A stretch of DNA of 61,393 bases, the filler included, from Choristocarpus tenellus KU-1152 (Eukaryota; Protista; Phaeophyceae), in NCBI GenBank assembly GCA_964200185.2. It is 5 parts of 5 records of this genome, joined end to end, with 100 filler letters (N's around TTAATTAATTAA, not from the genome) between each part and the next. Parts side by side here need not be neighbours in the genome. Positions count along the whole stretch, not along the records: positions 28,838 to 34,489 come from CAXNAD020010131.1; positions 34,590 to 40,765 come from CAXNAD020008756.1; positions 40,866 to 54,597 come from CAXNAD020001389.1; 2 more parts are not named here. The stretch is one strand, 5' to 3'. Below, piece after piece: positions 28,838 through 41,171 of the stretch; position 1 is the stretch's first letter; each line of letters opens with the position of its first letter. Made by a program: the position numbers and the translations under genes. Below the pieces are notes generated by a model. That model had not been told where the DNA came from. It searched no databases and was given only the letters and a program-made list of their open reading frames with translations.

Positions 28838-30134
28838 CGTCTACGTGACCTTCCCCCCCCCCCCCCTTAAAAGAGGGTGTGGTTGTAGAAGAGATGATTT
28901 AACTAAGAATTAATTACCCACAATGCTCAAAACACGAACACCAATCGTCGGTTTTTAGGGGCCGCCCTTAGCACTCGGTGACGATACCCCCTTCTCAGAA
29001 TCGCCTCACTCACTATTATCTCTCAAGTTTGGAACACAAAAAGGAGTCCTCCGATGAGGGCCAGGGGCAGCATTGGGGAGTGTGCCAAACTCTCTCGCCA
29101 CTGAATACTCTGATGGGAAGTGGAGTGATTCACCGGGGAAATGACAGGGGGGTGGGGGAGGACTGCGCTCGAAATCTATGAGAAGTATCTGCGGAACTTG
29201 AACTTCTACCTAATGAGGAGAGCAGACTTTCAGGAAAAAAAACCCCCATGAAACCTTTATAATGTGCCCTTGCTCTGTCTAAACAGAGGGGGATGTAAGG
29301 ACAAATGCGAGGTGCAATAATCTAAGAACAAATATTTTTGACACATACAAAAAAAAGGAGTGGAAAAATTTCTTGATAGTCGTCTGGGCCACAAGGAGAG
29401 CTTCTATTCTTGCAGAGAGGGGTATGCTCTATGCTCTATGCTATGCCCATGCTTTTGTTCTTTGCTCTTATTTTTATTATGTTGTACATAGTATTCTTCA
29501 CAAAGAAACTTCCAAGAAATGGACAGAGGAGGGAAAAAAACAAAAGAGGAAGGAGTCAATGGATTTCCCACTGCCAGCAGCATAAGAAAAAAGAAACAAG
29601 AATCGCAGCTCCAGTACATTTCAGAGGCTAGTATACAACATACTAACTTATAGTCTCTACTATCTGGTTGTGTACTACGAAGCACTTTCCAGAGTGAGAT
29701 GTGGCATTTTCCTGAAAGAATTCTACAAAATGCCAAGTTGGATCAAGTGTATGTGCAAGGAACTGCCTCAAAATCGCGGCTCAGCTTACTTCATTACTAT
29801 AGTATCAAAAAATACGAAATTATAAGAATAGTGACAGGCATTTCGTGAACAGAGTCACGGCATCATCGGGGCAGTAAAATATTGATATCCATCGGTCCAA
29901 TACAAAAACCTAAACTTCATCACACAAGTAGACACACACACAAAGAAGTAAACAGAGACACAAGGACACTGCACCGATCACGCAAAACAAAATTGACCTT
30001 CGGGACCAAGGCCTTAGTGCTCAACACAACGAGGGAACTAGCAAGCCAACCAAACAAAACAGTTACAAACAGATCCACCAAAAAGGTGATTGACCTGGAT
30101 TGGGAGCAGATAGGAAGACGTCAACCAACACCCT

Positions 30135-30175
<41 letters not shown>

Positions 30176-30233
30176 AACCCCCCCTCCTATCCACTCTGTC
30201 ANNNNNNNNNNCCCCCCCCCCCCCCCCCTTGCT

Positions 30234-32374
30234 TCAAGTCTCTCCATTTACCTCTTGACTTACCCCCCCATCTCCTCGACGGCTTCCTAGCACTCCAATA
30301 GCAATGGAAACAAATAGAGCGAGGGGAAGCCACCTTCCGACCAACCCTGCCACCCCAACAGCCCCCCCACTGCCTCTCCCACCCATCTTACCCCTACCAT
30401 CTTCACGGTGAGGGCACACACACGGACCTGGCTTGCCCGCCATTTTGATTGCGGCCCCGCTATTTTCCACGCCAGGAAGCACCTTTACCTTTGGCAGAGC
30501 CTCTGTACCTAGTCTCCTGTCAGCAAACTCCTCCACTCCACACCCATGGACTGCATTGTCAATCCTTCCGATGTTGGCTCCACTACTGTCCACACAGTCG
30601 CTACTGGTTTCATCACCTCCAACTTCCTCATCAGAGAGCTCCACACTTTCCCACTTCTCATCCCAGGTGCTGTGAACTTTCTTCTTGGAGGAGAAGCTAG
30701 GCTGGTTGTTACTGCCAAAACTACCACTATTGCTATAGGGGGGAGACGGCTCAGAAGCTACACTGGTAGGTGTCCTACAGGATCGTTCGAGATTTTCCTC
30801 GGAAAGTTCAAATGCAGCCTTGTAGGTGCCATCTGCCAAGAGCAGGGCAGAGTTACGCTCCGTCAAGGTAGCCTCCCCCAACGAGGTGTACCCCTCATCA
30901 TACAGGCAGCAATAAGGCAATTCACACTCCCGAAGGAGTCGCCACACATGCCTATATTTCCAATCCAACACTGGATTCACACGGAAAAAGTTGGGCCACC
31001 CAGGTGTGCTCGGAGTGAATGCTTCCATGCCATCTGTCTGGGGGTCTCCATACCGTTGGCCCATCAATGCTGCCTTTTGCATGCAGGAAGGAGCACAGGG
31101 GGTGAGTGTCAGGGTGGGAACAAAAAAAGTGGCAACAGGACGGAAAATGAAGTGGAGGAACAGCAGGTGAGTACTGATAATTCATCCTTGGAGGAGCAGA
31201 GGGGGGGATGTGTTCATCTCAGGGAATTTCTATTTACATTGTTCTTCGTATGCAATTGTCACGCCTTCCTGATGAAAAGAAATGGGCATGACGGAGACTA
31301 AGGCAATGACATTGCTATAGTTGTCCTCGACTTGCATACTGGCAATCTAGGACACATAAACTTTCCTGCACTACTGTGGGACAGTACAGGGTAAACTCAT
31401 TCAGGCCCATCACGGCAAGCTATTAGTACATATTCCCTTGATCTATCGCTCCTGACATCAAGTGAAATGTTAGTGGTGGAAGCATCCCTGCCACTGCGGC
31501 ACACCAGGCTCTGCGAAGGGGGAGTGGAATAGGCTCGAGCAACAACTTTGTGTGCCAAGCATAGAGACGACCAATGGAAGCACGAAACGTCCTGCGACAA
31601 TGGGGAAGCAAACGCAGAGAAGTTGCACCTTGATCCCATGGGAGTCTACTAGATCCTGCATACCCTCTTTATAGGATGTGTTGTAGTTATGGTAAGAGAT
31701 TCCAAAGGAATCCCCCATCTCCCGCATGAAGTCTTGAACAGCAGGGAATTCTTCTTTCTCGAAGTAAATCACTGCCATTCCCTTCAATGTTTTATGAGAC
31801 GTGGTGGAGAAAGAGGGTTGCGGCCAACTCAGGCAAGGGTATAAAATTGAGACGGAAGGAATCTTGGATAATTCGAACCTGTCTTGAAGTTGGAGCGCTG
31901 TCAACTAGTCAAGGGAGAATTTTAAAATGAGCTAACAGAAAAGATAGATAATGAATTTTTTGTGGATGAGCAGCAGGTAGGTACATCACACTTCCTGTTG
32001 CAAGAAGGAGATGTCAACAGATTAGGAAATTCAGCCGGCCGAGTAGATTGACTATAACGCACCTCCCTTCCTGCCCCAGTGAGCAGATGCACTTGGTTCC
32101 TCTCTGCTAGGACCACCATAAGAAGATAGAACACAACACACGCGTCTTTGCCTCCATTGAAGCTCAGAGCAAGTCCCAATGGTCCAAACCTATCAAGTGC
32201 CTCCCCAATCACTTCCAAGGTATGTCTCACAACGTTCCCAAACTCCTCATCAGCATCTGCTAGTTTCAACAACCTGGCCTTCACTTCCAGAAATTTGGTC
32301 GTGATTGCGGAAGGAGATACAGTTCTCATGGCCCCCGGGGAACCAACCCTGACTCCATTTCCTACCTCTCCCAT
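30234..32374 (-). CDS. FAD synthase (FMN adenylyltransferase, PAPS-reductase fold; FAD1/FLAD1-like) with long C-terminal extension, 3 exons, ~434 aa
   Basis: Exons 32374-32063, 31781-31629, 31073-30234 (1305 nt). Motifs LSFNGGKDAC, EEFPAVQDF, MGQRYGDP, TPGWPNFFRVNPVLDW, VW.LL..CELPYCCLYDEGYTSLG, ERSCR. Confidence 0.9.
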
Positions 32375-33768
32375 CCTAACTTGGTGAAGATTGCAAATTG
32401 ATTACTTCTGGTTTTGAAACCGTTAAGAAAAAAAGAGGTCGAGTACCAGTTCCACCAACCAATCTATATGGTGACAAAACATTGTCCAATAAAAGGTATC
32501 ACGAAAAGGGATCCGAGCTCTCGAAATCTATACGTATTATTCCTCGGTCATTCTTATACTTCCTACTACTATTGTAGTAAATTAAAAATACGGACCAATG
32601 AAGAGGTGGCAAGGGCTCATTGGTCAAAATTCACCACAACATTATTAGTTGAACCCAACGCGCGCGATGACCTAGTCATGAACGAAGTTTACATAGTTGA
32701 AGTACAACAGTCAGTAGTAGTTCATATACAGTGTGTAGTTACTCTGACCACAGATCGAGATAGTTCTCAGAAAAATGTAAGTAGTGAAAAAAATTGGGAA
32801 GATGGTCCCCTAAAAACCTTCCAAACAAATATATTGAATAACTGATTAGTGGTTTCCACGCAATGTCTTATAGTATTCTTATGTTTAGGACATTTTATAT
32901 ACACATATGTATATAGTTTTCATTGGTTTCCCCCATCTGCAAAATGTCAGAGGACATAATAAAAAAAATATATTGATTGATGAGGTTCTCAAATAGAATT
33001 TATTTTTGGAGAGATATCTTTCACATTTACGATAACTTTTACTTTTACAGGGGTCCTGGCGATATTGATCTTGACTTTTCCCTGGCACATCTGCAAAATG
33101 TTAGAGGGTATAATGATATGAAGTATACTGATTGATCTACACACTATATTTTGATGAATAGTGATTAGAGATAATGAACTAACATAAAACAACATACAGC
33201 ATCCTTAGTTGTGTGACCAGAACGACACTACAAACAGACGAAAAAAAAGAACACTTCCCACAAAAAATATATCACAGATCCCAGACAGATTTTGGGGTGA
33301 TTTCGGAAACTGAGCAGCCCATACCGTGCAAGGACGGTACCTCACTGTACTGTTGAGGTAAGGACACATGAGAACTCCATTACAACTAACCCTAACCCCA
33401 AGAAGTTCCTGAATCAGACTTTCAGCTTTACCCTGGTCGCTGGATAAACAAGTGGAGTTGCACTTGGTGCTGGTCAAGGCTGGCACCAACAGTCAGTCAA
33501 GTCAAACTTCGAATGGCAAGGGGAGATGTCATTGGCACAAAGCAAGCCTTAGCCTTCTTGATGGGAAAAGTGAGGTTCCAGCCATCCTGTGCATATTGAC
33601 ACTTGAAAGCTAATAGTGGCATTCTGATATTGTATTGTTGCCTGATGCAAGAAGAAAAGTAAAAAAGATATCTTTTTTTTAAAACCTATTGCCTACAACT
33701 CCAACTAAGCTGATCAATGGCAGTACCTAGACCTACTTCTGGTCTCTAAATTGTGTGATGACGACATG

Positions 33769-34489
33769 TCAACCAATCGTCTTCCGTCGCCTTTTCTCTT
33801 TCTTAGGCTTCTTTGCCTTGAGCATTTTCCTCTCTCCCTTTGTGGTGTTCTTCTCCTCCTTGAACACAGATTTCATTCCAATCTCAGCTGAGGCTGCACA
33901 AATGGTTGGCAAGTTGGATATCGACCCCTCCATAGAAATCAATCCTCCTGCTTGGTGCAACCTGCATCGTGTAAGAAAAAAAAATGTGAGTGGAGAGGAG
34001 GGGGGGATGAGACTTGAACATGCTGGCCCAACCCATTTGCTTACCCGTATAGATGATGTGGAGAAATAAATGTTGGCTTACCCTCTCCCAAACAAGGAAG
34101 GTTATTTGCCCCTCCCCACAGTGACAATGGGGAAATGGACAGGCAGCCCATCAAAGCATACTGTAGATTAGATCCTTGTAATACCAACGGGCATGAGAAA
34201 CGAAACGTTGGGTCTTCACACATGAAAGACTTCGAAACGTGCTCTACTGTACAGTACAGTAAAGAGCAAAGTAATGAAGACAGAGGAATGCTAAATAGGG
34301 TAGGTCAACCAGGTACATCAACATTCTCATACTTGTACACAAGGGCAACTTAGCTGGAAAAACAACTATGCACAGAACTCAATAGGCGTGTCAAACAACA
34401 AAAACGGGATGAAAGGGACAGTGTTTGGGGAGGGGGGAAAGGGGGCACCTGATGACGGCAAAACGAAGTTCTACCCCAACAACAATATC
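33769..34489 (-). CDS. Putative last exons of an unidentified gene (Lys/Arg-rich C-terminus), 5' part lost at the contig end
   Basis: Candidate exons 34489-34449, 34160-34045 and 33961-33769 splice in frame with GT-AG boundaries. The product ends KAKKPKKEKRRRKTIG. No family recognised. Confidence 0.35.
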
Positions 34490-34589
34490 NNNNNNNNNNN
34501 NNNNNNNNNNNNNNNNNNNNNNNNNNNNNNNNNTTAATTAATTAANNNNNNNNNNNNNNNNNNNNNNNNNNNNNNNNNNNNNNNNNNNN
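34490..34589. other. Artificial contig linker
   Basis: 44 N + TTAATTAATTAA + 44 N. Confidence 0.97.
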
Positions 34590-34659
34590 TATTTTTGAAA
34601 GTCCTTGGTGATTAAGTCCTTTGCGGTCCTGTTTTTTTGTTTGGGGGATTTTTTTTTGT

Positions 34660-34693
<34 letters not shown>

Positions 34694-34993
34694 GTAATTT
34701 TATATATATTGGTGTGTAGGGAACAGTGTGAGTCTATTATGAGTGTATTCAGATCATCACCTGTGTTGAGTCTTCTTACAGAGGTGTGCTTTCTTTGACC
34801 GGTGGAGTCCTCTTCTGTCTGTCCGTCAGTCTTTTTTTTTTTTTTTTATTGCAGGATTTTCTTTTTTTTCTTTTTTTTTTTTTTTTTTTTTTTTTTTTCA
34901 AGGGGCACATTTTCTGGATTGCGCATCTAAACAGTACTGTGTGTTTATGTACTGTGTGTGTTCTTTGTGTGTGTGTGCCTTTTTGATGCCCAG

Positions 34994-35385
34994 GTGTGTC
35001 TTGCCACCTTGCTATTGTGTCTGCAAGGTGCCCTGCTCTCGCTGGGCTAATGAAGGCTGCAATGACGGAGCAGGTCAGCGCCGGTGAAAACAATGCCAAC
35101 CTCATCTCTGACTCCGACCTGCCCACTGTGGACCTGATGTACAATCACGCCTCCGAAGAAAGCGTGGAACTGTTGGTATGTTACTTGTACACTGATGAAG
35201 TCAACTGTGAGGTGAAGGGTGGTACCACCATTGGCATGCTGGGTAGTCTTGCCCAGGAACTTCTTCTCCCGAGGTGTGTTGTGTGAATGCAGAGCAGTAT
35301 TTTTCTTTTTTTCACGCTGTTGTGCTTAAAACTCTTTTATTTTGAGGGCTCGAGCGTACATCCCGTGTGTGTGTGTGTACAACTA

Positions 35386-35425
<40 letters not shown>

Positions 35426-38400
35426 TGTTCATAGTGGTACTACGCCTCTTTTTTTTTCTTGTGGGCCTTGACAGGTCTGCCCGTCCCCTTGCCTTCTTCC
35501 TTCCCCCCCCCCTCCTCCCCCCTCCCTCCCCCCTCCACCCCCTCTCCTGCCATGCCATGCCATGCCATGCGCTCATCCCTTCTGATTTTTGTTGTGGTGT
35601 GCATGAATCATGTACACATGAAGGTTGGAAGCCATATGCGCATCGAGACTGAGCTACAGAGAGAGGAAGAGGTACGTGCAGCTATCCCCCATCCCGTGTA
35701 TGACTGTTGTTGTTACACTAAACAAACGGACTGCTTCGACTGCTGCTGCTGCTTTTTTTAATTCTCACTGTCATGGGTTAATATTCCCATCACTTTCCCT
35801 TCTGTGATTCCTTGCTAGTAAAAGACTAGTTTCAATTAATGCTATGTGGTGTAGACGTGGGTGTCAACTGCTCATCGATTCGCCAGTTGGTCCGGACCTC
35901 CGTTCTGTTGGAGTACTTGGGTACAATTAGTACTTGGGTACAATTAGCACTTGGGTACAATTAGCACTTGGGTACAATTAGCACTTGGGTACAATTAGTA
36001 CTTGGGTACAATTAGTATTTGGGTATAATTAGCACTTGGGTATAATTAGCACTTGGGTACCATTAGAGAAAAAAAGTAAAAGAAAAAGCTCGTGAAGTAT
36101 GTTGTCTACTTTTGTCACAGGTCATGACAGATAGATTGCGATGCATATGCTGCAGCGTCTGCTTTTGTCACAGGTCATGTCTTCGAAACGACCCTTGAAT
36201 TCAGTTCAGTGGTGCGTCCATCAAAATATTGAACCTGTCCGAATTGTGTTGAAGTTAGTTGAATGAGAAACAACAAGAAATTGGTGTTTGAATTAAACTG
36301 AACTGAACTGGATTGAATTGAATTGAATTGAGTAGTCTGATTGTGCTTCAGTTCATTGAAGAGAAATCTAACCTTCTTTTTTTCTAATATTTATATATAT
36401 ATATATACATAACATACATAAAGGCATATACATAAAAAACATATTTTTCTTGTATTAAGTTATGTCGGTGCATAACCCTAACCCTCTGGTTGAAGATAGG
36501 ACTAGACTACCACTCCGGATATTACATATATATATATACCTGTGTTGGAATATAAATGTATATATTCTTTTGGGGGGGGAGGAGGGGGGCTGATGATATG
36601 TATGTAGTGGTTGTTGAAGTATTTTGATTTTTAAAAGCCAGCGCTAAAAGATATGTGGAACTGAGAATATTTTGATTGAGGGATACAGTGGAAAGAGAGA
36701 ACCTAGACCAATAGCAGTGCAGCCTGTGTTATTATTATTATTATTATTATTATTTATTTGTTATTGTAGTGTCACATTTATTCAATAGGATGGTGTGTTC
36801 TCTTGTATGTTTGTGTCTTTTTTTTTATTTCCTCCTGATCACAACATCTGTAAAAGTATCTCCATGGGCATATAGTTTGTACTAACGTGCATAAATACAT
36901 TTATGGGATGATCTCCTTCACCTAGCAACATCCACCCCCCTTCTTCCCCTTTTCATTCATATTTGTTTGACTCAAGAAACCTATTATTTTGTTCATTAAC
37001 ATACACTCGATAGTCACCTGATTGATACGCAATAACAACTACATAATTACACTGGTGCTTTTTTTGTGTCCCCTCTAGTGTTGAAGTATATATATATATA
37101 TATATATATATTTTAAATGAATATTTGATTTTTTTTATTCTCTTTTGTTCAGATTTTTACTTCAGCACACCCAGAGCACGGAACAAACCCTGCTGCAGTC
37201 GCAGGTGGTAGTGCCCAATTCATCGTTTGTGTTGGAAATGGATCGATTGGCGGGCAAAGAAATGCACTCGGATGTTCACCTGGTGAGATGTCTCTGTGAT
37301 GAGACAGAGTTTGTGTATGGTAATGCTCACATTATTCCGAGAGGGTGAAGATGGTGAAGAGGAAACAGTGACAGTGGTGAAGGGTGGTGTAAGGAAATGT
37401 GTTGGAAGACCCTTTTTTTGTGGAAACCCAATGCCATTTTTTTTTGTGCCTGTTTCTTTTTTTTTATCTAGCTAGCTGCTCACTGCCGTGGTGCCACCTG
37501 CGCTTTTTATTCAAATAAATAAATAATGAGGTGTTCAATTAGAATTGACGTGTCAGCAAAAGGCCAAGAGATGAGAATACCTCCAATTTGGTGAGGGACT
37601 CCGCTTGAGTCTCTTGTGCTATGAGGATACTCCGATTTGCATGCTCTTTTCCCAGCACCTGGTACACCATGGCGCTGTCATGTCTGAGAGACCCCTTATA
37701 CACAAATATAATTTTTTCAGAATGGGCAGAGGAGAGTGGTTCACTATGTCTGGTGACTTAGCTTTGACAGAAGATTCTGAGGTAGGGGGCATGGTGTCAT
37801 TTTTTTTTAAATCAAGGTGATCTCCATGTGCTCAGGTAGTTGATTAACTAGCCAATTGAGGAGAGGGAGGGAGGGAGGGAGGGCAGGTGTTGTAAAATAT
37901 GATATGCCGTATGTATGGTGAGGTTAAGTTGCAAAAGGTGTACGTGCAGCCCTTTGACACTCCCTATGCATGAAAGGTCATGTAGCATATGATGTGCAGC
38001 CATGCTGGGGCTATGCAGACATCACAACAGTAGCTTTTCTTCATTGTGTTGAGTACGTACACTAGTTCTCACTATCAAAAGGAGGCGTGCACATCAATCG
38101 TGTGAAGTCATACATCACTCGTGTGAAGTCATACATCACTCGTGTGAAGTCATACACTTGTGCTGGCGATACCCTGACTTGTGGACAGGTTGTCTCGAGT
38201 TGGAACTGGAGGTTTCCTAGTCACAAGGCGATACTCTGCAATGTTGAGTATTGGAAGGCTTTGCTTGCGGGGGGATTTAGGGAGGGGCTCAGTGACGAGG
38301 TAGACCTGTCAGGATTTGAAGCCGAAGGAGTGACACGGAAGGAGGCTATTGAGGCTGTCATCAGGTATGGTATGAGTCAAGCAAAGTGAGAGCGGTTAAT

Positions 38401-39233
38401 ATCTCACGGTGTATTTTTATTGGTAGGGTTAGGGTTCTAGGAGTGTGTTTGTGCCGATCTAGGGTTAGGGTTGATTCATCGTGTTTATGCCCACTATTAG
38501 ATTCAACTCCCAATGATCATCTGCTCCCAAATCGTCCCTAGTAATAGAAGATACGTAAGCGCCGTAAGTCATCCCCCCCCCCAAGCACTTTACCTGAGTG
38601 TACCCCCAAGCCCAAAAAGGATAACGCCATCCATGATCATCTCTCACATTTTCTGTTCAAAGTGGGTGCAGTATATTTTGAGGGTTTAAGAGTTGTGTCT
38701 TTTGCATTGTAGTCATCCTTTAGGACCAGACATGCATGCCCCTCCTTGCACCACTTAGCGCTACTGTAAATACGTAACTTTCAACATTCATCCTCAGGAA
38801 AACTCCAGGACACCCTGCAAGTTTGAGCGAGCTTCTACCCCCCTTTTCCCACCTGACTGGTGCTGATACTGGGTTTGACCATTAAATGAGCTATTCAAGA
38901 TGAATCTTAGGAGTTGTCCTTGCCCACCTGATCATTGCAATGCACTGTTGTCCCCACAGATATATATACACCAACTGTGACTCTGTGGTGTCAGACATGA
39001 ACTTGGGGCTAATCTTGGAGGTGGTTATCTGTGCAGGCATGATGGGAGTTACAAACCTCGTGCAAGCATGCGACCAGGAGCTTACCCATCACATCGAGGG
39101 CGGTCAGAATGTAAAACAGCTCGCGGAGTATGCTAGTTGCTATGACCTGCCAAAGTTGGCTTTCTTATGCAAGGAGATTTTGCAGGATCAGAACGAACCA
39201 GGTTTTTTGCACTCAAATGCTCCGTTGGAGTAA
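34994..39233 (+). CDS. Tandem BTB/POZ-domain protein, 3' part (5' exons missing)
   Basis: Exons 34994-35273, 37153-37282, 38189-38364, 38960-39233 are phase-compatible. Two BTB signatures: CHLAIVSARC...LLVCYLYTD and SDVHLVV...FPSHKAIL..EYWKALLAGGFREG...VIRYIYT. A small exon may have been missed in the first intron. Confidence 0.82.
35912..36066. repeat. 17-bp minisatellite (AGYACTTGGGTAYAATT) x~9, intronic
   Basis: Directly visible tandem copies with no spacers. Confidence 0.95.
38090..38155. repeat. 21-bp tandem repeat x3 (ACATCACTCGTGTGAAGTCAT), intronic
   Basis: Directly visible. It explains the repeated RVKSYIT in ORF 38087-38389, upstream of the real acceptor at 38188. Confidence 0.9.
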
Positions 39234-40765
39234 AAAAAGGGTGTTTACGCAGAAAGCCATATATGTGTATGTGTATTTACGTTTATACTTGGTTAGATGT
39301 TATAGGCGGGGGATTTTTCGGTCTTGCTTGCAATGAGGTGGTGAGCGTTTGTTTTTTTAATGGTAGCGATTGAATTACTACAATTAAATCAACTAATATG
39401 AAACCAAAGATTAAATTTGGAAATGGACATTGAACCCCAAGATTAAAATGGAATTCTAAGAGTTTGATTGGTGGGGTATTTCTTTCACCTGCATGGGCTG
39501 TATGCTCTCGACCCTAACCCATTTTTTAAAGGTGTCCTCACAGCACTTTGCTTTTTCATGCACTATACGCACTCCTTGGTTATGTGTATCAACATCAATA
39601 TCAGTATCGGTATCAGTATCAATATCAATATCAATATCAACTTGTACGTTGAATATTGTGGACCTGACTCAGTCTCTAGCCTCATTTGTACCACTGTCCT
39701 CTCAATCCTTCATGCAAAGAAGTAAGCCCTGTTTAGTGTGGAATAATTGGATGCAAATGCTCTTGCCTGTTCTGAGATCAGACATACCCCCTCAGCATAT
39801 ATTGATTTTATTTTCGGAGCGACCCTTGTCCAGGACACACTTTCTTTACTGCACACACCAGAAGGCATCACTGTCTCTCCCTCTCTTTCCTGCCAACCTT
39901 CGATCATTAGGAATAGTAGTAGTAGTTATGGTGGTGGTGGTAGTAGTGGTATTACCGAATTTTCACCGAGATAAGCCTAGCATCGAAGTTGAGAGCAGTA
40001 TATGACAGAAATACTTGGAACCATCAAGACTCATTCCTAACCACAGTTAAATGCTGCCATTGGCATTCAGACCGTTCCAGCTCCCTTAATTGAGGAAAGT
40101 GTTTAGATTTTGTTCCTAACAACCACATGCAATGTTGAACGGCTGGTTGAGGTAGTCGTGTGCTGTTCAAAATACAATATTATGGATACATTCAGAATTG
40201 TCACAAGAAGAAATGGAAGTATCCAGGTGAAGAAGGGACTAAACGGATCGGCACAGGGTAACTGTTGTAGAAGTATGATCAACATGGACGTCTGGTTGAT
40301 ATCCGTCATCACTGGCGTCAAATATCACATCAGTGGCATAAATAAGTAGACACAAAGGCATCCCTCAACAACTCTGAAGAGTGAATGCATCCAATAGTTT
40401 TTTTATCCAGATGGTTTAATTTAAGGAAAAACATGTTTCATAGAGGCGTCTTCCTGCTGATACAAAAAGCCCCTTGTTGAAAACAAGATTCGAAAGCAGT
40501 GTGGATTCCACAGATCGATACTAAGAACTCTCCATCGACTTCCTGCCGTCACAAGCTAAAATGAATTCGAGGTGGGAAATATGATTTTCTCGTGGGAATT
40601 ATCTACTCAGATAAAGATGGATCACACCCATCACATAGGAGGTGTTGATGTGCGCCGAACAGTGGGTTATAAAAACTGAGGATGGAGCGTGTACTATTAT
40701 TGAGGATGGTTTTGACCGAAAATGGTGCGGGAAAAGTGCCGAAATGTTTTTTTTTGTAAATGTTG

Positions 40766-40865
40766 NNNNNNNNNNNNNNNNNNNNNNNNNNNNNNNNNNN
40801 NNNNNNNNNTTAATTAATTAANNNNNNNNNNNNNNNNNNNNNNNNNNNNNNNNNNNNNNNNNNNN
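40766..40865. other. Artificial contig linker
   Basis: 44 N + TTAATTAATTAA + 44 N. Confidence 0.97.
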
Positions 40866-41058
40866 CACATCCTTCATTGATCCAATACGTTTCAAACGTA
40901 CAAAACAAAAAGGTCACAAAAAACTTTTACTCTGTCTCTTTTCAATATGTAATCGTATGCTGTTCGATATTCCTTTTTTCATGTAACACAATTGTCAACA
41001 GAAGAAAGAGAAATCACCGAAACTCAAGAACCGCTTTTTGTCGTCTCTAGTATTTTTA

Positions 41059-41171
41059 GAGCCAAAGTATCTTATTAGAGGGTAGAGCCGCGTCCATTTG
41101 GGGGTCAAAATACAATGTTGTGATTTTGATGTAATTTTGGCTATCGTGTACCCTCTAAGATAGTTTCACTC
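41059..41171 (+). mobile_element. Internally deleted copy (113 bp) of the Sola2-like MITE (copy 3)
   Basis: GAGCCAAAGTATCTT..AGAGGGTAGAGCCGCGTCCATTTGGG ... TACCCTCTAAGATAGTTTCACTC with a perfect TTTA TSD. Confidence 0.88.

Noticed and set aside
30546-31301. 251-aa plus-strand ORF
   Set aside because: Antisense shadow of the FAD synthase last exon.
33385-38475. Interstitial telomere-like (TTAGGG/CCCTAA)x2 motifs at ~33387, 36472, 38423, 38460
   Set aside because: Only two units each, too short to call a telomeric feature.
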